Assembly (NCBI GenBank): GCA_028534125.1
Contig: CM052817.1
Location: 60,700,001 to 60,764,000, forward strand
Direction: 5' to 3'
DNA length: 64,000 nt
DNA from: Lama glama
Taxonomy: Eukaryota
Positions 27,627 through 39,834 of this stretch are shown here, one piece after another. The notes under the pieces are model-generated. The model saw only the letters and a list, made by a program, of their open reading frames with translations, had not been told where the DNA came from and did no database searches. The translations under genes were made by a program, and so were the position numbers. The stretch's first letter is position 1. Every line of letters begins with the position of its first letter.

Positions 27627-29307
27627 TAGTTTTTCACTCAGAATCTACTGCTTTTTCCCCCATATTGGAATTGCTAACTTGAGTTTAATTTACTTCCTTC
27701 TTAAAATTTTAACTTTAACATAGAGTTTTCAGTTAAATTATACCTTCTACCGATTTAAAGATTTTGAGGTGTTGCATTGCACCAGTAGAGAGAATTCAAA
27801 GCTTTCTGTGGTGTATCTAATGGATCCTTTTCCAGTGGAATTCCAAAGCTAGAAAACATGACTTGGTGTTTTGTTCAGAACAGGGTCAGGGACTTATACA
27901 CATGAAGACTTGAAAAGGCTTCTAAAAATCTCATTCCAAATACTATTCAGATTATCCAGTTTTTTCAGATGACTTGGTATTTTCTACACTGCACTTGTTT
28001 TTAGATGGAAACTTTATCTTTACTTACAATTATGTGAAGTTCTCTGTGTGAAAGCTAATCTTGTCAACAAATACATTTTCTACGGATGTCTATTTCTATT
28101 TCCAAAAGTGAAAATCTTTGTTTATATCTGATTTTTATATAACCATCATTTAGAAGTTATTTAAAAAAAAACATTTAGAAAGCAGTCCTTTGTGTAAAAA
28201 ACATGAGGCTAATTTTCATTCTGGGCTGTGGTTTATAAACATGTATACAGAAGTAACTCTTTCTTCCTCGGGCTCCATCAAAACCTCCATAAGAGAACTG
28301 ATGATGTTTTCTTAAAATTATCCCAGTGGTTAGCACAGTGAAAATCATCAGAATTGATGTTCAGCAAGTGAGTATGAGATGAATGACTGAATGACCAATA
28401 ACAGCACCAATGGTGGCATACACCTTTTCTCCGTAACCTTTCACAGCAGAATAATTTGGATTCCAAGTCAGAGTTCCTTGTTCAAAAGGCAAACTCAATA
28501 ATTCCATGTTGGAGAACGCTCTGATAACTATAAAAAATTATTCTGCCACAGGGTCTAGCATTATTCTGTGCCTTTTCATATGATATCCTTTATCTGCTAC
28601 CACTATTGCTGTGGTTCCCTAGAGTCAGCCTAGTAATTTTTGCAGTAACTATATTGATACCATTATTTTAAAAAACTGATAATGCTGGCAGAAACCTCTT
28701 TCCAAGTACTAATGATGCCTTTAAATAAGTGAATGCCCTTGAAATGTTAGCAATGGCCTCTAACTCCTTTACCCTTGTTATATTAATCCCAGTTTCCCAG
28801 AGCCCAGGTATTGATCCTAAAATAGTTCTTGCTTCTGTCAAGAGGCCCATTGGCTCTTAGAAGTTCTCCATGGCATCCTCCAGCTCCTGAGGGCCTGGGA
28901 AAGGCAGTGGAGAGTATGTGAGTGAAGGGACCTGTATGTTGTCTGAGGGAGAGAGAAGGGTAGATTTTAGGATTTACTAGGTACTCATAGGATGTGAATG
29001 AATTTAAGCCTCAGAAAGTAGTATAAATGGTTTTTGGAAGAGTTACTTTCCTTCTTATTGTCTACTGTTAAAAAGAATGTTGTTTTCTCGAGGATAAGTA
29101 TAAGTTGAAGTCCATGATTTGTAAAGAACTTGGGTTTACAGGGGATTGTCATGATTCATTTTTATCTGTCAAGAAGATCACTATAGCTGATGTTTGGAAA
29201 TTGGTAAGAGTATGAAAAGAATGGAAATAGTGAGGCCATGAGAGACTGGTAACTTTCTGAGGTAGCCAGTCAGGTAAATAAGACCTTGTTCTATGCTTAT
29301 GGTCTTA

Positions 29308-29326
29308 CACACACACACACACACAC
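29308..29326. repeat. Short (CA)n microsatellite
   Basis: Directly visible. Confidence 0.9.
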
Positions 29327-31289
29327 CCCATTACCCTTCATTCTTTATATTAATACAAACTGGTTACATTTCCTACATCCTGGTGTTTCCAAAATAATAT
29401 ATAAATCATAAAGATAATAGGACATCAACTGCTACACAGAAGATTTAAGTAGTCATAGATGTAAGATATTCATACATATCTTCTAAGGTCTTCAGTGTTC
29501 TTCATGAAAACTTCTTTTCTAAGTATGTACATACAGGTTCCTACATTTTCTGAGTTTTTTATTTTTTACCTTTATGTTATTTAACCATATGGAATTTAAC
29601 TAGACATTTGTGTATATGTAAAAATAAACAGTAAATATCCACACTGAGACGATTCCAATCCAGGATTCTGTGAAGTAGATAGAGGTGTTTTAGACTCAGC
29701 TACTGACCGTTTTGCAGCATGTGCTGAGCAATTTTACTTATTCTTTAGGCTTTCCTGTTTCTTTGTCTTTAAATATGTAGCCATTCCATTGCCTTTTAAC
29801 TTGGGCTAGTGTTTCTTATGCTGCTTTTAAATGTCATACTTTGTCTTAAAGAAATTATTATGAAGACTGGGAAGAACTCTGGTCTTAGAAAAAACTATCC
29901 AGATGTCTTTCCTGGTTCTTCCAGTTCTTAGCTGTATAACTTTGAGGAAATCACTTGGTTTCTCTAAGACTCATGTACCATCTGTGAAATTATAGCCTGT
30001 GCTTTGTAGGCATACAACCTGGGTTTGAATCCAGTTCAGTTTTTTAAGTAAAATGTGGAAATGTGATTAGTTGCTTTAGTTACTTAAAATCTCTGGGACT
30101 CAGGGTTTTTATCATGATGATAAGAATTTCTATCTCATATGGTTTTTGTCATTATTTAATGATATATATACAATGTAATATATATATATGTAGAAGCATC
30201 AATAAATAGCATGACTAGAGTAATAAATTTATGAGATGATCCTGAAGTTTACATGAAAGAATGTGTATATATGAGTGATTTGTAATTACAAACCTTTATG
30301 ATTTGTATTTCCTAAGGTTAACCTAAAATTATGACATAGTAAAAAGATAATGCAATCAAAGAAATAGAGAACAACTTCTGTTCCCTGATAGTCTGCTGAT
30401 AAAAGAGGACTTAAAACTGCAAATCAAGTCCCCGAGTATTTATTACACCACGTTTATTAAGTTTTCTGATTTACTAGAGGGGTAGGGAAGAATCCCCTGA
30501 TTAATTTATAATGGAAAATATCACAGTGAAATTTGTCTATTGTATATATTTCTTTCAACCAAAATCAGAGACAGCTGGAAATGGATTAGACAGAGATTAG
30601 GTAGCAACAATAAAATGTTTTGGGGTTCAGTTTTCAAGGTCTTGGCCAGCTTTTATTAAAACGCAAAGCCAACCAAGCAGCAAACAAGAACCTTCTCCCC
30701 TGCTCCAGCTCACTGGGGTTGATGAGACTGAGAACTGTAACACATGAAATGCGGCTCCGATTCTTCCTCTAGCAACCAGTCTGGCACATCTCACACAGCA
30801 GCTTCCTGTTCTCTGTCATTGATTTCTAATTTGTGCAGGCAGAAAAGACCTCCGAGGTCTTTTAAGTCAATATTCCACAAAAGGCCAAACTTCTTCTCTA
30901 GCGCCTTTGACAGGAGTTCATATGTATAGTAACTGCCTTCCAGGAAAGTCCGCATCACTGTGAAAACAATCCTCCTAATCCAATTGTAACTTTAAATAGA
31001 TCCCATTAATGTCTCAGGTTGTGCTTGTTCTTAATTGCGTTATTAGTCTCATTAAGCTTCTCCTACTTGAAGATGGATCCTGGTCCCTTCTAACATCTTT
31101 GTTCCGCTCATATCAAAGAAACCTGTATAAATGAGGGTTAAGTAAATGAGTTCTGATCTGCTATTCTTAGGAGACATTCACCTGTACCAACCTAGCCTAA
31201 TTAAACTAGAATAAATGCGTTTCTGTCTTCTTCTTCCTAGGATATTTTGCATAAGTAGGAAAAAATGTGATTTGAAAAATATAACTGAG

Positions 31290-32150
31290 TTTTTAATGCA
31301 TCCATTTGACAGTTATTTATTGGGCACATTCTATGAATCAGCCAGTGTTTTGATCACTGGAGTGAGCATAAATGAAAGCAAAATGCCTTTGTGGACTTTA
31401 CATTCTAGTAGGAGGCAAACAATAAGATAACTAAAATATGTTGTATTTCAGTAGAGTTAACTGTTAAGGAGGAAAATGGAGTAGGAGAAAAGGAAGGGGG
31501 GTATGGAAAAGGAGATGGTCTGCTTTGTTAGATCAGCTGACCAGGGAAAGCTTCATTAAGAAAGTGACATTGGAACACGATTTGAAGGGAGGTGGGGGAG
31601 ACAGAGGTGTATACCTGGGTGAAGTGTTTCCAGGCAGAGGGCCAGCCAGTGTAAAGGCCCCCAGGTGGAAGCATGCCTGGATATTCTAAGACTATGAAGG
31701 AGGCTAGCTTAGCTCCAGAAATAAAGGATAACATCGGGAGTGTAATGATGCCAGAGGGGTAGAAGGCCAGATGGCAGGGAAGAGGCATACGATGTAAGGT
31801 CCTGTTACAGCATCATTCTGTGAACAAGCAGCATCAGCATCAGCTGAGAGCTTGTTAGAAATGCAGATTCCTAGGCCCCTAAGCCCCTCTGAATGCAGAT
31901 CTCATTCTGACAAGATTCCCAGGTGATTCATGTGCACACTAAAGTCTGAGAAGCAATCATTCAGGGCCGTATAGGACATTCTAAGTGGGCTTTCAGTCCA
32001 TGTAAAATATGAAACTTAGAAGTATTTTGAACAGAAGAGTAAAATGATTTAACTCATATTTTGACAAATCATATGGCTGCTGTATTGAGAAAACCCGAAG
32101 GTGAAGATGTGAAGCTGGAAACCAGTTAGGAGGCCATGATGGTGACTCGG
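31290..32150 (-). mobile_element. LINE-2 3' portion, interrupted by a MER5-like element
   Basis: catccatttgacagttatttattgggcacattctatg..cattctagtaggaggcaaacaataa..ccagggaaagcttcattaagaaagtgacatt is a reverse L2 tail. Confidence 0.8.
31805..31957. mobile_element. MER5-like hAT-Charlie MITE
   Basis: gcagcatcagcatcagctgagagcttgttagaaatgcagattcctaggcccc..ccaggtgattcatgtgcacactaaagtctgagaagca. Confidence 0.85.
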
Positions 32151-33027
32151 CAACATTCTGAAAGTACACCATTGAAAAAAAATTTTTTTAATAAAATGAA
32201 ATGAAAATACAGCATTGAAAACCAATCCTTGTTAAAATGCAAATACATCCTGGGAGACTGTGATTGTAAGTAGCCTTTAGCATTAGCACATTAATGGAAT
32301 TTAGTTTATCAGATTATTTTTGGAGAGATTCGGACACAAGACAGGTAATTTTTGAGAATGAATAGAGAAACTTCTATGTCACAGTTAAGAATCTTACTAA
32401 GAATGAAGGATCTGTTTGTTGCACTGAAAAAGAAGTTCCTGGTTAATAAGAGGGTAGAATTCATTTCTTGATAACATGTTATAACTCAGGAGGTGAATAA
32501 CAAATTATTCTAAAACCTCAGCAATAAAGACTACTAGGGAAAAGGAAGTTGGTATTAGTAGGTTTAGAACGCCTATCCTAGCCAAAGGATCTCAATGGTA
32601 ATTACATAATACTTCAGACTATGTATTTCAAAGGGGATAGAAACTGATGGTTACTATGGCAACAGGAAGTAGGTAGTGGTGCTGGCAACAGCAGTATTCA
32701 GTCAGAGAAAGAGCATCATTTTGTAAGGCGGTCTGCTTATGTCCCAGAGCAGTATGCGGGAAAGGAGAACCAACAAGGTCCAAGGTGGGCATCCAAGCTC
32801 CAGCCAAGCCACTGGGCTCCAGGGCCTAGCTTAATCCTAGCTGGAAAACTGGAGTATTGAAATGAAAGCCAAAACAAAAGACTAATCGTATCAAATGGGC
32901 CAATAACAAGGATTTTGGAGGACTGGAGCAGAAAAAAATTCCAGACATTATGCAATGGCGAGGTAAGCCCACCCAAGGTATTCATCTCTGGCTGAAAATC
33001 TGGATGGACTGAACCTGTTGTTCTGCT

Positions 33028-33520
33028 TACTCATTCAGAACATACTCATTGAGCACCTATTATTTACCAGGAACTGTTCTAGGCATTGGGAGGTATAACA
33101 GAACAAGCAAAGCCCTTACTCAAATGGAAATTATATTGTAGTAGAGAGAAAACAACAGATATGCACATAAATATGTACAATAAAGAAAAACTGGAAGGTA
33201 AGAATGAAAGGAAGGAGAAGCAGAGAGAGGGATGTTGCCCACCACATAGTGGGTGCTCTCAGAAGGCATCTCTGAGAAAGTGACATTTGAGTAGAGACCT
33301 GAAAGAGGACCATTTATGAGCCATGAAGAAAGTGGGGAGAAAAGGGGGACAACAAGTGCTCCAGGCAGAAGGAGCACTGCAAAATTCCCGAGGCAGAACC
33401 TAGTTTAACATGATGTAGGGCAGTGTCCAGAACAATGTGGCTAGAACAAGGTGCAATGGGGGGCAGGGGGCAAATAAGATCAGAGTGGGAGTTAGGCAGG
33501 ATGGATTCCATTAAGAATAC
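33028..33520 (-). mobile_element. LINE-2 3' portion
   Basis: tcattcagaacatactcattgagcacctattatttaccaggaactgttctaggcattggg..ctctgagaaagtgacatttgagtagagacctgaa. Confidence 0.85.
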
Positions 33521-33554
33521 TGATGCTTGGCTCCCACTAAAGTTCCAGTTGTGT

Positions 33555-33770
33555 CTTTTTTGAGATATTATTGACATATAATATTATCTTATTTTCAGGT
33601 GTACAACATACAGATTTGCCATTTGTATATATTGTGAAATGATCACCACAGTAAGTCTAGTTAACATTCGTCACCATAGATACAAATTTATTTTTCTTGT
33701 GATGAGAATTTTTGAGATCTCTTCTCTTAGCAACTTTCAAATATGCAATACAGAATGATTAACTATGGTC
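33555..33770 (-). mobile_element. LINE-1 3' end (L1MA-type), truncated by gap
   Basis: ttgacatataatatt..ttcaggtgtacaacata..gtgaaatgatcaccacagtaagtctagttaacat..gtgatgagaattttt; similar to the 3' UTR at 8443-8700. Confidence 0.88.
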
Positions 33771-34270
33771 NNNNNNNNNNNNNNNNNNNNNNNNNNNNNN
33801 NNNNNNNNNNNNNNNNNNNNNNNNNNNNNNNNNNNNNNNNNNNNNNNNNNNNNNNNNNNNNNNNNNNNNNNNNNNNNNNNNNNNNNNNNNNNNNNNNNNN
33901 NNNNNNNNNNNNNNNNNNNNNNNNNNNNNNNNNNNNNNNNNNNNNNNNNNNNNNNNNNNNNNNNNNNNNNNNNNNNNNNNNNNNNNNNNNNNNNNNNNNN
34001 NNNNNNNNNNNNNNNNNNNNNNNNNNNNNNNNNNNNNNNNNNNNNNNNNNNNNNNNNNNNNNNNNNNNNNNNNNNNNNNNNNNNNNNNNNNNNNNNNNNN
34101 NNNNNNNNNNNNNNNNNNNNNNNNNNNNNNNNNNNNNNNNNNNNNNNNNNNNNNNNNNNNNNNNNNNNNNNNNNNNNNNNNNNNNNNNNNNNNNNNNNNN
34201 NNNNNNNNNNNNNNNNNNNNNNNNNNNNNNNNNNNNNNNNNNNNNNNNNNNNNNNNNNNNNNNNNNNNNN
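33771..34270. other. Assembly gap (exactly 500 N)
   Basis: Run of N. Confidence 1.
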
Positions 34271-34419
34271 AGCAACACAAGGCATTAACGTCAGGGACCC
34301 TTGGTGAGCAGCACAGGGGAGTGCTGTGCTGCTACCTTTGTGGTTTGCTTAGAAATCTCAAATTGCTCCAAAATAATCATTTTATGTGGAAAAAAAATCA
34401 TAGATGAATTTTGAGATTT

Positions 34420-35740
34420 CTAGTTTAGGCATTAACTATGATTTCTGACTATAGAAGAAAAGCATTTAATTTCTTTTTCATTCCTGCCCCTGCTGTACAT
34501 GAACGACCTTCCCATCCACCCAAACTCCTATTATAATTCTATTGATATCAATTTATTGTGTATTTGTATTCACAGCTGATCCATATAACAAAACTGTGAT
34601 TACTTTCTCTTTCTTGTACAACCTCTTGTTTCCCTGAACTTCAACAATTACCTTAATTTTTCATTTGTTTCATTTCTGTGTACTTAGCACTTATTCAACC
34701 TCAAATTTTTCTCCATTGTTTGTTTCTTTTCAAGATGTTCAAATGTGTCCGGTATTCTATTTGTTTCTACCAATATGGTCAAATATGTCTTCACGACTTT
34801 TTTCATCATTATTCTATTTGACCTCAGCCTGTCTTAGGTCTCTTGTTTCCTGTATTTCCTATTATTTCTTGGTTTACTCCCTCGTTTTGATGAAATACAG
34901 AATCCAGGATTTTCTTAGGAAAATAGATTGGAGATCAAACATTGAGACCTGCATGTCTGAAAATGTCTTTGTCACATTTATACCTGATGTGCAGGTTGGT
35001 TGAAGAACCCTTTTCCTTCAGAATGCGTTGTCCCATGACATCCAGTACTGCTGTTGAGAAATCTGAAACGCACCTGGCTCGATCTTTTACGTCTGGCCTC
35101 TTGTTTTGTTCTGGAAATTTGTGATATCTCTTCATCATCCCCTGTGTTCTGAAATTTTACTGCAGTGTATCCCTTTCCATCTTCTGTGCTGGGCACCTAG
35201 CAGACCCTTTTCATCTGCAAACTCACATTCTTCAGTTCTCAGAGTTTTCTTGAATTACTGTTCTGATGGACTTCTGCTTTCATTTTCTTTGTTTTTATTT
35301 GCTTTCTAGAATTCGTAGTATTCGTATTTGGGGCCTTCTGAACTAATTCTTGTTTATTTACTTATTTATCAATCTGTGGAAGATCTCTTTTTCTTGGAGA
35401 TCTTTTGTACTTCCCAAGCCCCTGTTGTTCATTTCTGCTATCATGTTTTTTAACTTCCATAGTTCTTTTTTGTTCTCTGAATGTTGTGTTTACTATGGAA
35501 TCCAATATTTTGTTACTGCAATGCCTTTTAACTCTTTAAAAATATAAGGACATTTCTTTGTTGTGTTTTTGATTTGCCTTTAACATTTTTCTCTCCTTGC
35601 ATATTTTGTTTCTTTCAAATAGCTCTTTCTTTTGATCAGTTTAGTCACTTTCAAGTCAGGAAAACTCTTCCAGTATATGGTAATGTTTGAATAGTGGCTC
35701 ATAATTAAAAACTAAGGACAAAGAAGCTAATTGGATGCTG
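34420..35740 (-). mobile_element. Ancient L1-related element (HAL1/L1ME-like ORF1 region)
   Basis: T-rich; gcatgtctgaaaatgtcttt, ttttccttcagaat..tccagtactgctgttgagaaatctga resemble reverse L1/HAL1 ORF1. Confidence 0.6.
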
Positions 35741-36577
35741 TGAGAAACAGCCGGGCATAGGCCTCCAATCAGTCCAGCAGATGTCCAGCTACAACTGTCT
35801 CCTACAAACCCTAAACAAACAGCAGCAGCCGCCCTCTGTCTTCAGCTCCTTGTATGAATGCTATTTTTCTAAGTCATTTACAGCTTTGTCTTTCACTGAA
35901 CCACAGAATTTTCGCTTCATGAAATAACAACTTCTGCATTTCGCTGGTGAAGAAAGTGAGGCCCTGAGCCATAAACTTATTAGCATTTTTATCACTAAAA
36001 ATTCTCTGTTGGCATTTACAATTACATCCAGAGTATAAACATGCTGTTCCTAACATCACTTAAATTTCCCGAAACCCGAGTGAAAAGGAACATGACGGCC
36101 CGACAGAGAAAAGGGATGTGTTTACCTAACTCGAGGAAATGTCATTGAGAGGCACCATGGAGGAAACCTAGTGAAGTTGAAGTCTATTTGATTTTAAAAG
36201 ACAGAAGGAAGACAATGAAATCCCAGAGACATTTCCCTAAAAGGCATTTAGTACACGGAGACAGTAAATCCCACAGTGTCAGTGTGCCTTTCGTTCAAAG
36301 CATTCAAAAACTTTCTTGAGAGCTGTAGAATTATAAAAGTGAACAACATGACTGTAATGATTCCCAGCAAAACACCCCATAAGGCAGCCCTTACACTGTG
36401 AACACCCAGTGCTTTCAGGGTATGAGCGTATGTTTATGAGGAGAGTGAGAGTTAACTGACTCTTGGGGGTTTTATCCCTTCAAATGCATATTGTAGCTAC
36501 CATTTCTCCAGGAAAGAAAAAAAAAATACCTCAATGGGAGACTAAGAAGTCTCTCTTTGTCATGGCTCCTCTTTATC

Positions 36578-36605
36578 AAAAAAAAAAAAAAAAAAAAAAA
36601 AAAAA
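36578..36605. repeat. Poly(A) run, 28 nt
   Basis: Directly visible. Confidence 0.97.
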
Positions 36606-37019
36606 CTTTGCCCAAGAGTATTTGATATTTTCTCAAACACTCCGTAGTCATTTACAGACCTTCGTGGTATTTACACCTGGTCTTGCTGGGGCAACCTTAT
36701 GAGCTATAGCTCTCATTTTTCTAAAGCCACTGTCAGGAAAGCTTCCATGTAATGCTGTTTGGGAGTTGCTATACAGAGTGATGCTTGGTATTAAAAACCA
36801 AATGACAGCGCTTCTAAACGTCAACTTAAAAAAAACAAAACTAACTGTGCATTTTCAAACACCAGTAATGCCGAATCATAAAATAACTAAAATCGTACTT
36901 AACTTGGGACTCCCCATCATTCTGACTTCTCACTGCAAAAACATTATGTACAATTATAGGTAGGGGAGACTTTAACAGACATATTTGAACATCCTGGGAA
37001 TATCACATTTTCCTGAACT

Positions 37020-37320
37020 GAGCCAGTGGAGTACTTCCCATTTTATTCCAGCTTGCCGTTCAGGCTCAAATGTTTCCTCCACCCTGCCCAACCTGAGTCG
37101 CTAGCTCTCGTTTAACTTTCTTTAATTTCCTCCAGTTCACTTACCACTATGAAAGTTAACTTATTCTCATGGTAACTTCAGATTATCTGTCTTCTCTCAC
37201 CAGACGGGGGCAGGGACTTCAGGGACCTTGTCTGTCCCCTCTGTTATGTTCATTGCTGTGTTTCTAGCACCTAGAATAATGCCCAGTGGCACTCGATAAA
37301 TATACATTGAGTGAAATATT
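37020..37320 (+). mobile_element. LINE-2 3' end
   Basis: gggaccttgtctgt..gttcattgctgtgtttctagcacctagaataatgcccagtggcactcgataaata. Confidence 0.75.
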
Positions 37321-38267
37321 GTACCATCTTGGATTCAGACTTTGATGACTCACCAGAACTGAGCCTCAGCAAGAGAGCCTTTTCTCCTTTGTTTAAGTAA
37401 TTCTTCTCTTGGAGTCTGCCGAAAGACAGAGCAAATGTGGAAGAAATTACTGGCGCTAGCAATAACTCCAACAAATAGTCACCATTCTGATGGTGTTGAT
37501 AAAATATATAGGCTTAGTTGCCAGTATTTGCAATGTACCTGTGTAACAGAATGAGAAAATTGACTTCTACTGTTTCTACCTTTTCCCCCCAGAAATAAAA
37601 AGAATAAAAAGGAACAGAGAATGGGTGGGATGGGATCATGAAATCAGTAAGATCGGGGAAGCAGTGATTTCTTTGGCTTCACTTTCCCCAGAGGAAGATG
37701 CTAAAAGAAGTGTGAGGGTTGGAGGCACTGCACACCAGGAGGAGGTTTGCCTGGCTGGAATGCTCAGAACGCGGAGGAGCTCAGGGCTTCCTAAGCCTCT
37801 ATCTTATTCAAAGCAGTGGGAAAGCAGAAGGACCTTATGTTCTTCCCCCACTGTCCTGTCCCAGCCAGTCTCCTGGCATAGCTGAAATCCTCTTCCCAGC
37901 ATCTGCTCCTTTCCTAGGACCAGTGGTCTTAGCCATCTTGCTTTCTGACACCACACTTGCATGGCCACAAAAACTTAGAGGTTCTCAATGCTATCACTCT
38001 GATGACAAGCCAACCTTCTGGAGGTGTTGCACACCCATTTCTGCAGTTTACTTCAAGCCTTTATATTGGACATTTGCCAAAACTCAAGTGGTTCGCTTGT
38101 AATGGGTCCCTAACTTTCACTTTATTCTTTCCCCAAAGTCACTTCTGAAAACTGAAAAGAAGGAATATTATCCGAATGAAGTGAAAACTACACTACTTTT
38201 ACTACCAACATTTCCTAAAGTACACTTTGTATTTGGATGGTATATAGCTGTGATTATAAGATTTTCA

Positions 38268-38391
38268 GGGAGGAGGGTATAGCTCAGTAGTAGAGCACAT
38301 GCTTAGCATGCACAAGGTCCTGGGTTCGATCCCCAGTATCTCCATTAAAATAAATAAATAAACCTAAGTACCTCTCCCTACCCCCCACCAA
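38268..38391 (+). mobile_element. tRNA-Ala-derived SINE (camelid vic-1-like)
   Basis: A box TAGCTCAGTAGTAGAGC, AGC anticodon arm tgcttAGCatgca, B box GGTTCGATCCC, (TAAA)n and C-rich tail. TSD aagattttca (38258-38267) / aatattttca (38392-38401). Confidence 0.9.
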
Positions 38392-39834
38392 AATATTTTC
38401 AACTCTCAGGTATTGCCAAGCTTAATAAAAACAGTTTTAAAAACTGACCTTTTTTATATAATTTTTCTCTGAGATGCTAAAAGAGGCAAAAAGCCTTAGA
38501 AAGTTGGTAAACATCTGAAGTATTTTTCAGTCATCTCTCTGATTGTTATGCATTAATACATTGCCACACAAAGCCCTGAAGAAACAAGAGGAAAAAAATA
38601 TTATCCAAGTTACTGGTATAAGCTAGGTTGTCAGCATGAGTGAGTGAAAATAAAATTGCTGAAAATATTTGTTTACTCAGTTTCAGCCAGTTGACAATAA
38701 AATGGAATGTATTAATGTCTCAGTAGACAGTGCCTTCAGCTTGTGAGAATATCAAATGGACTGGGAATAAGAGTGAGCTGGAGCGAGGGAGTGAGAGTGA
38801 GGAAGAGAGGGAGGGAGGGAGGGGAGGCAGTCCTTGGAACATGGGGAGCCTGGAAACTTCTGACAGTGTAGCATCCTCAAGTCTCAGCATCTGGACTCAC
38901 ATGGCTGTTGGGTGACCTTGAAACAGACATGGTTTTATTGCCAGGAGGACAAGTTATAGAGAAGCTGTAACAAGAGCCAAACCACAGAAACACAACCAAT
39001 ATAAGAACTGTAAGCTTGCCTTTTAAATTCATCAGCAATTATCATTAGCACTTGTGTCTACTGACTTCTATATATCCAGGCCCTGGTTTATTATTTTTAT
39101 AACCCTCTATATTACATCAAATGCTAGTAATAGTTTGTTAGCTGTTTTATAGATAGAAAGAGATCTTCTCATGCTAATGCTAGGCACATTTCAGGGAAAA
39201 GCACACTGAATGAGATATAGATTACTTCAGTTCTGAGACCAGCTCTCCCAGTGATTCACTTTGTAACCCTTGGGAACAGAGTATTTCTGTTGTCATTTCC
39301 TCATCCGTAAAATCAATACTTGTTCTCAAATATTGCAGGATGTATGGAAGAGATGATATGAAACTCTTCTGTGCTTTTTGAAAACTAATTTGTAAAAACT
39401 TAAGGTAGGATTAGCATTTAAAATAAACAAGTAAAAACCAAATGTAAGAAGTGATTTTTATATAATATAATTTATAATATTCTGGCCTACCATAAATTAT
39501 ACATTTTGGTGATAATAATAATTACTGATTATTTAGCAGATATGCTGTGCCTGGCATATCGTATATATTCTTAAGTTCAGTCCTGAACATTATCTTCATT
39601 TTAGAAAGTAGAGAAAAATTGGGCCCAGAGAGGTTGAGTGGCAGACCTGGCATTTAAACCCATGGCTATCTGAACCCAAAACACTTACTCTGAAGTAACA
39701 TCTAATAAACACTTACTCTAATCAACTTTGGGTAGGGAGGCTGCCAAATGCTTAAATGTGCTCGGTTTCATATCTAAATTGGTAGATTTCAATCTTATGA
39801 TATTATTCATGAAATTGCATCCTTTAGGAGAGTT

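Noticed and set aside
38268..38345. Functional tRNA-Ala(AGC) gene
   Set aside because: Followed by a (TAAA)n/C-rich tail instead of an oligo-T terminator, and flanked by a TSD: a SINE.
39679..39719. 13-bp direct repeat aaacacttactct
   Set aside because: Small local duplication at a MIR edge; no insert hallmarks.
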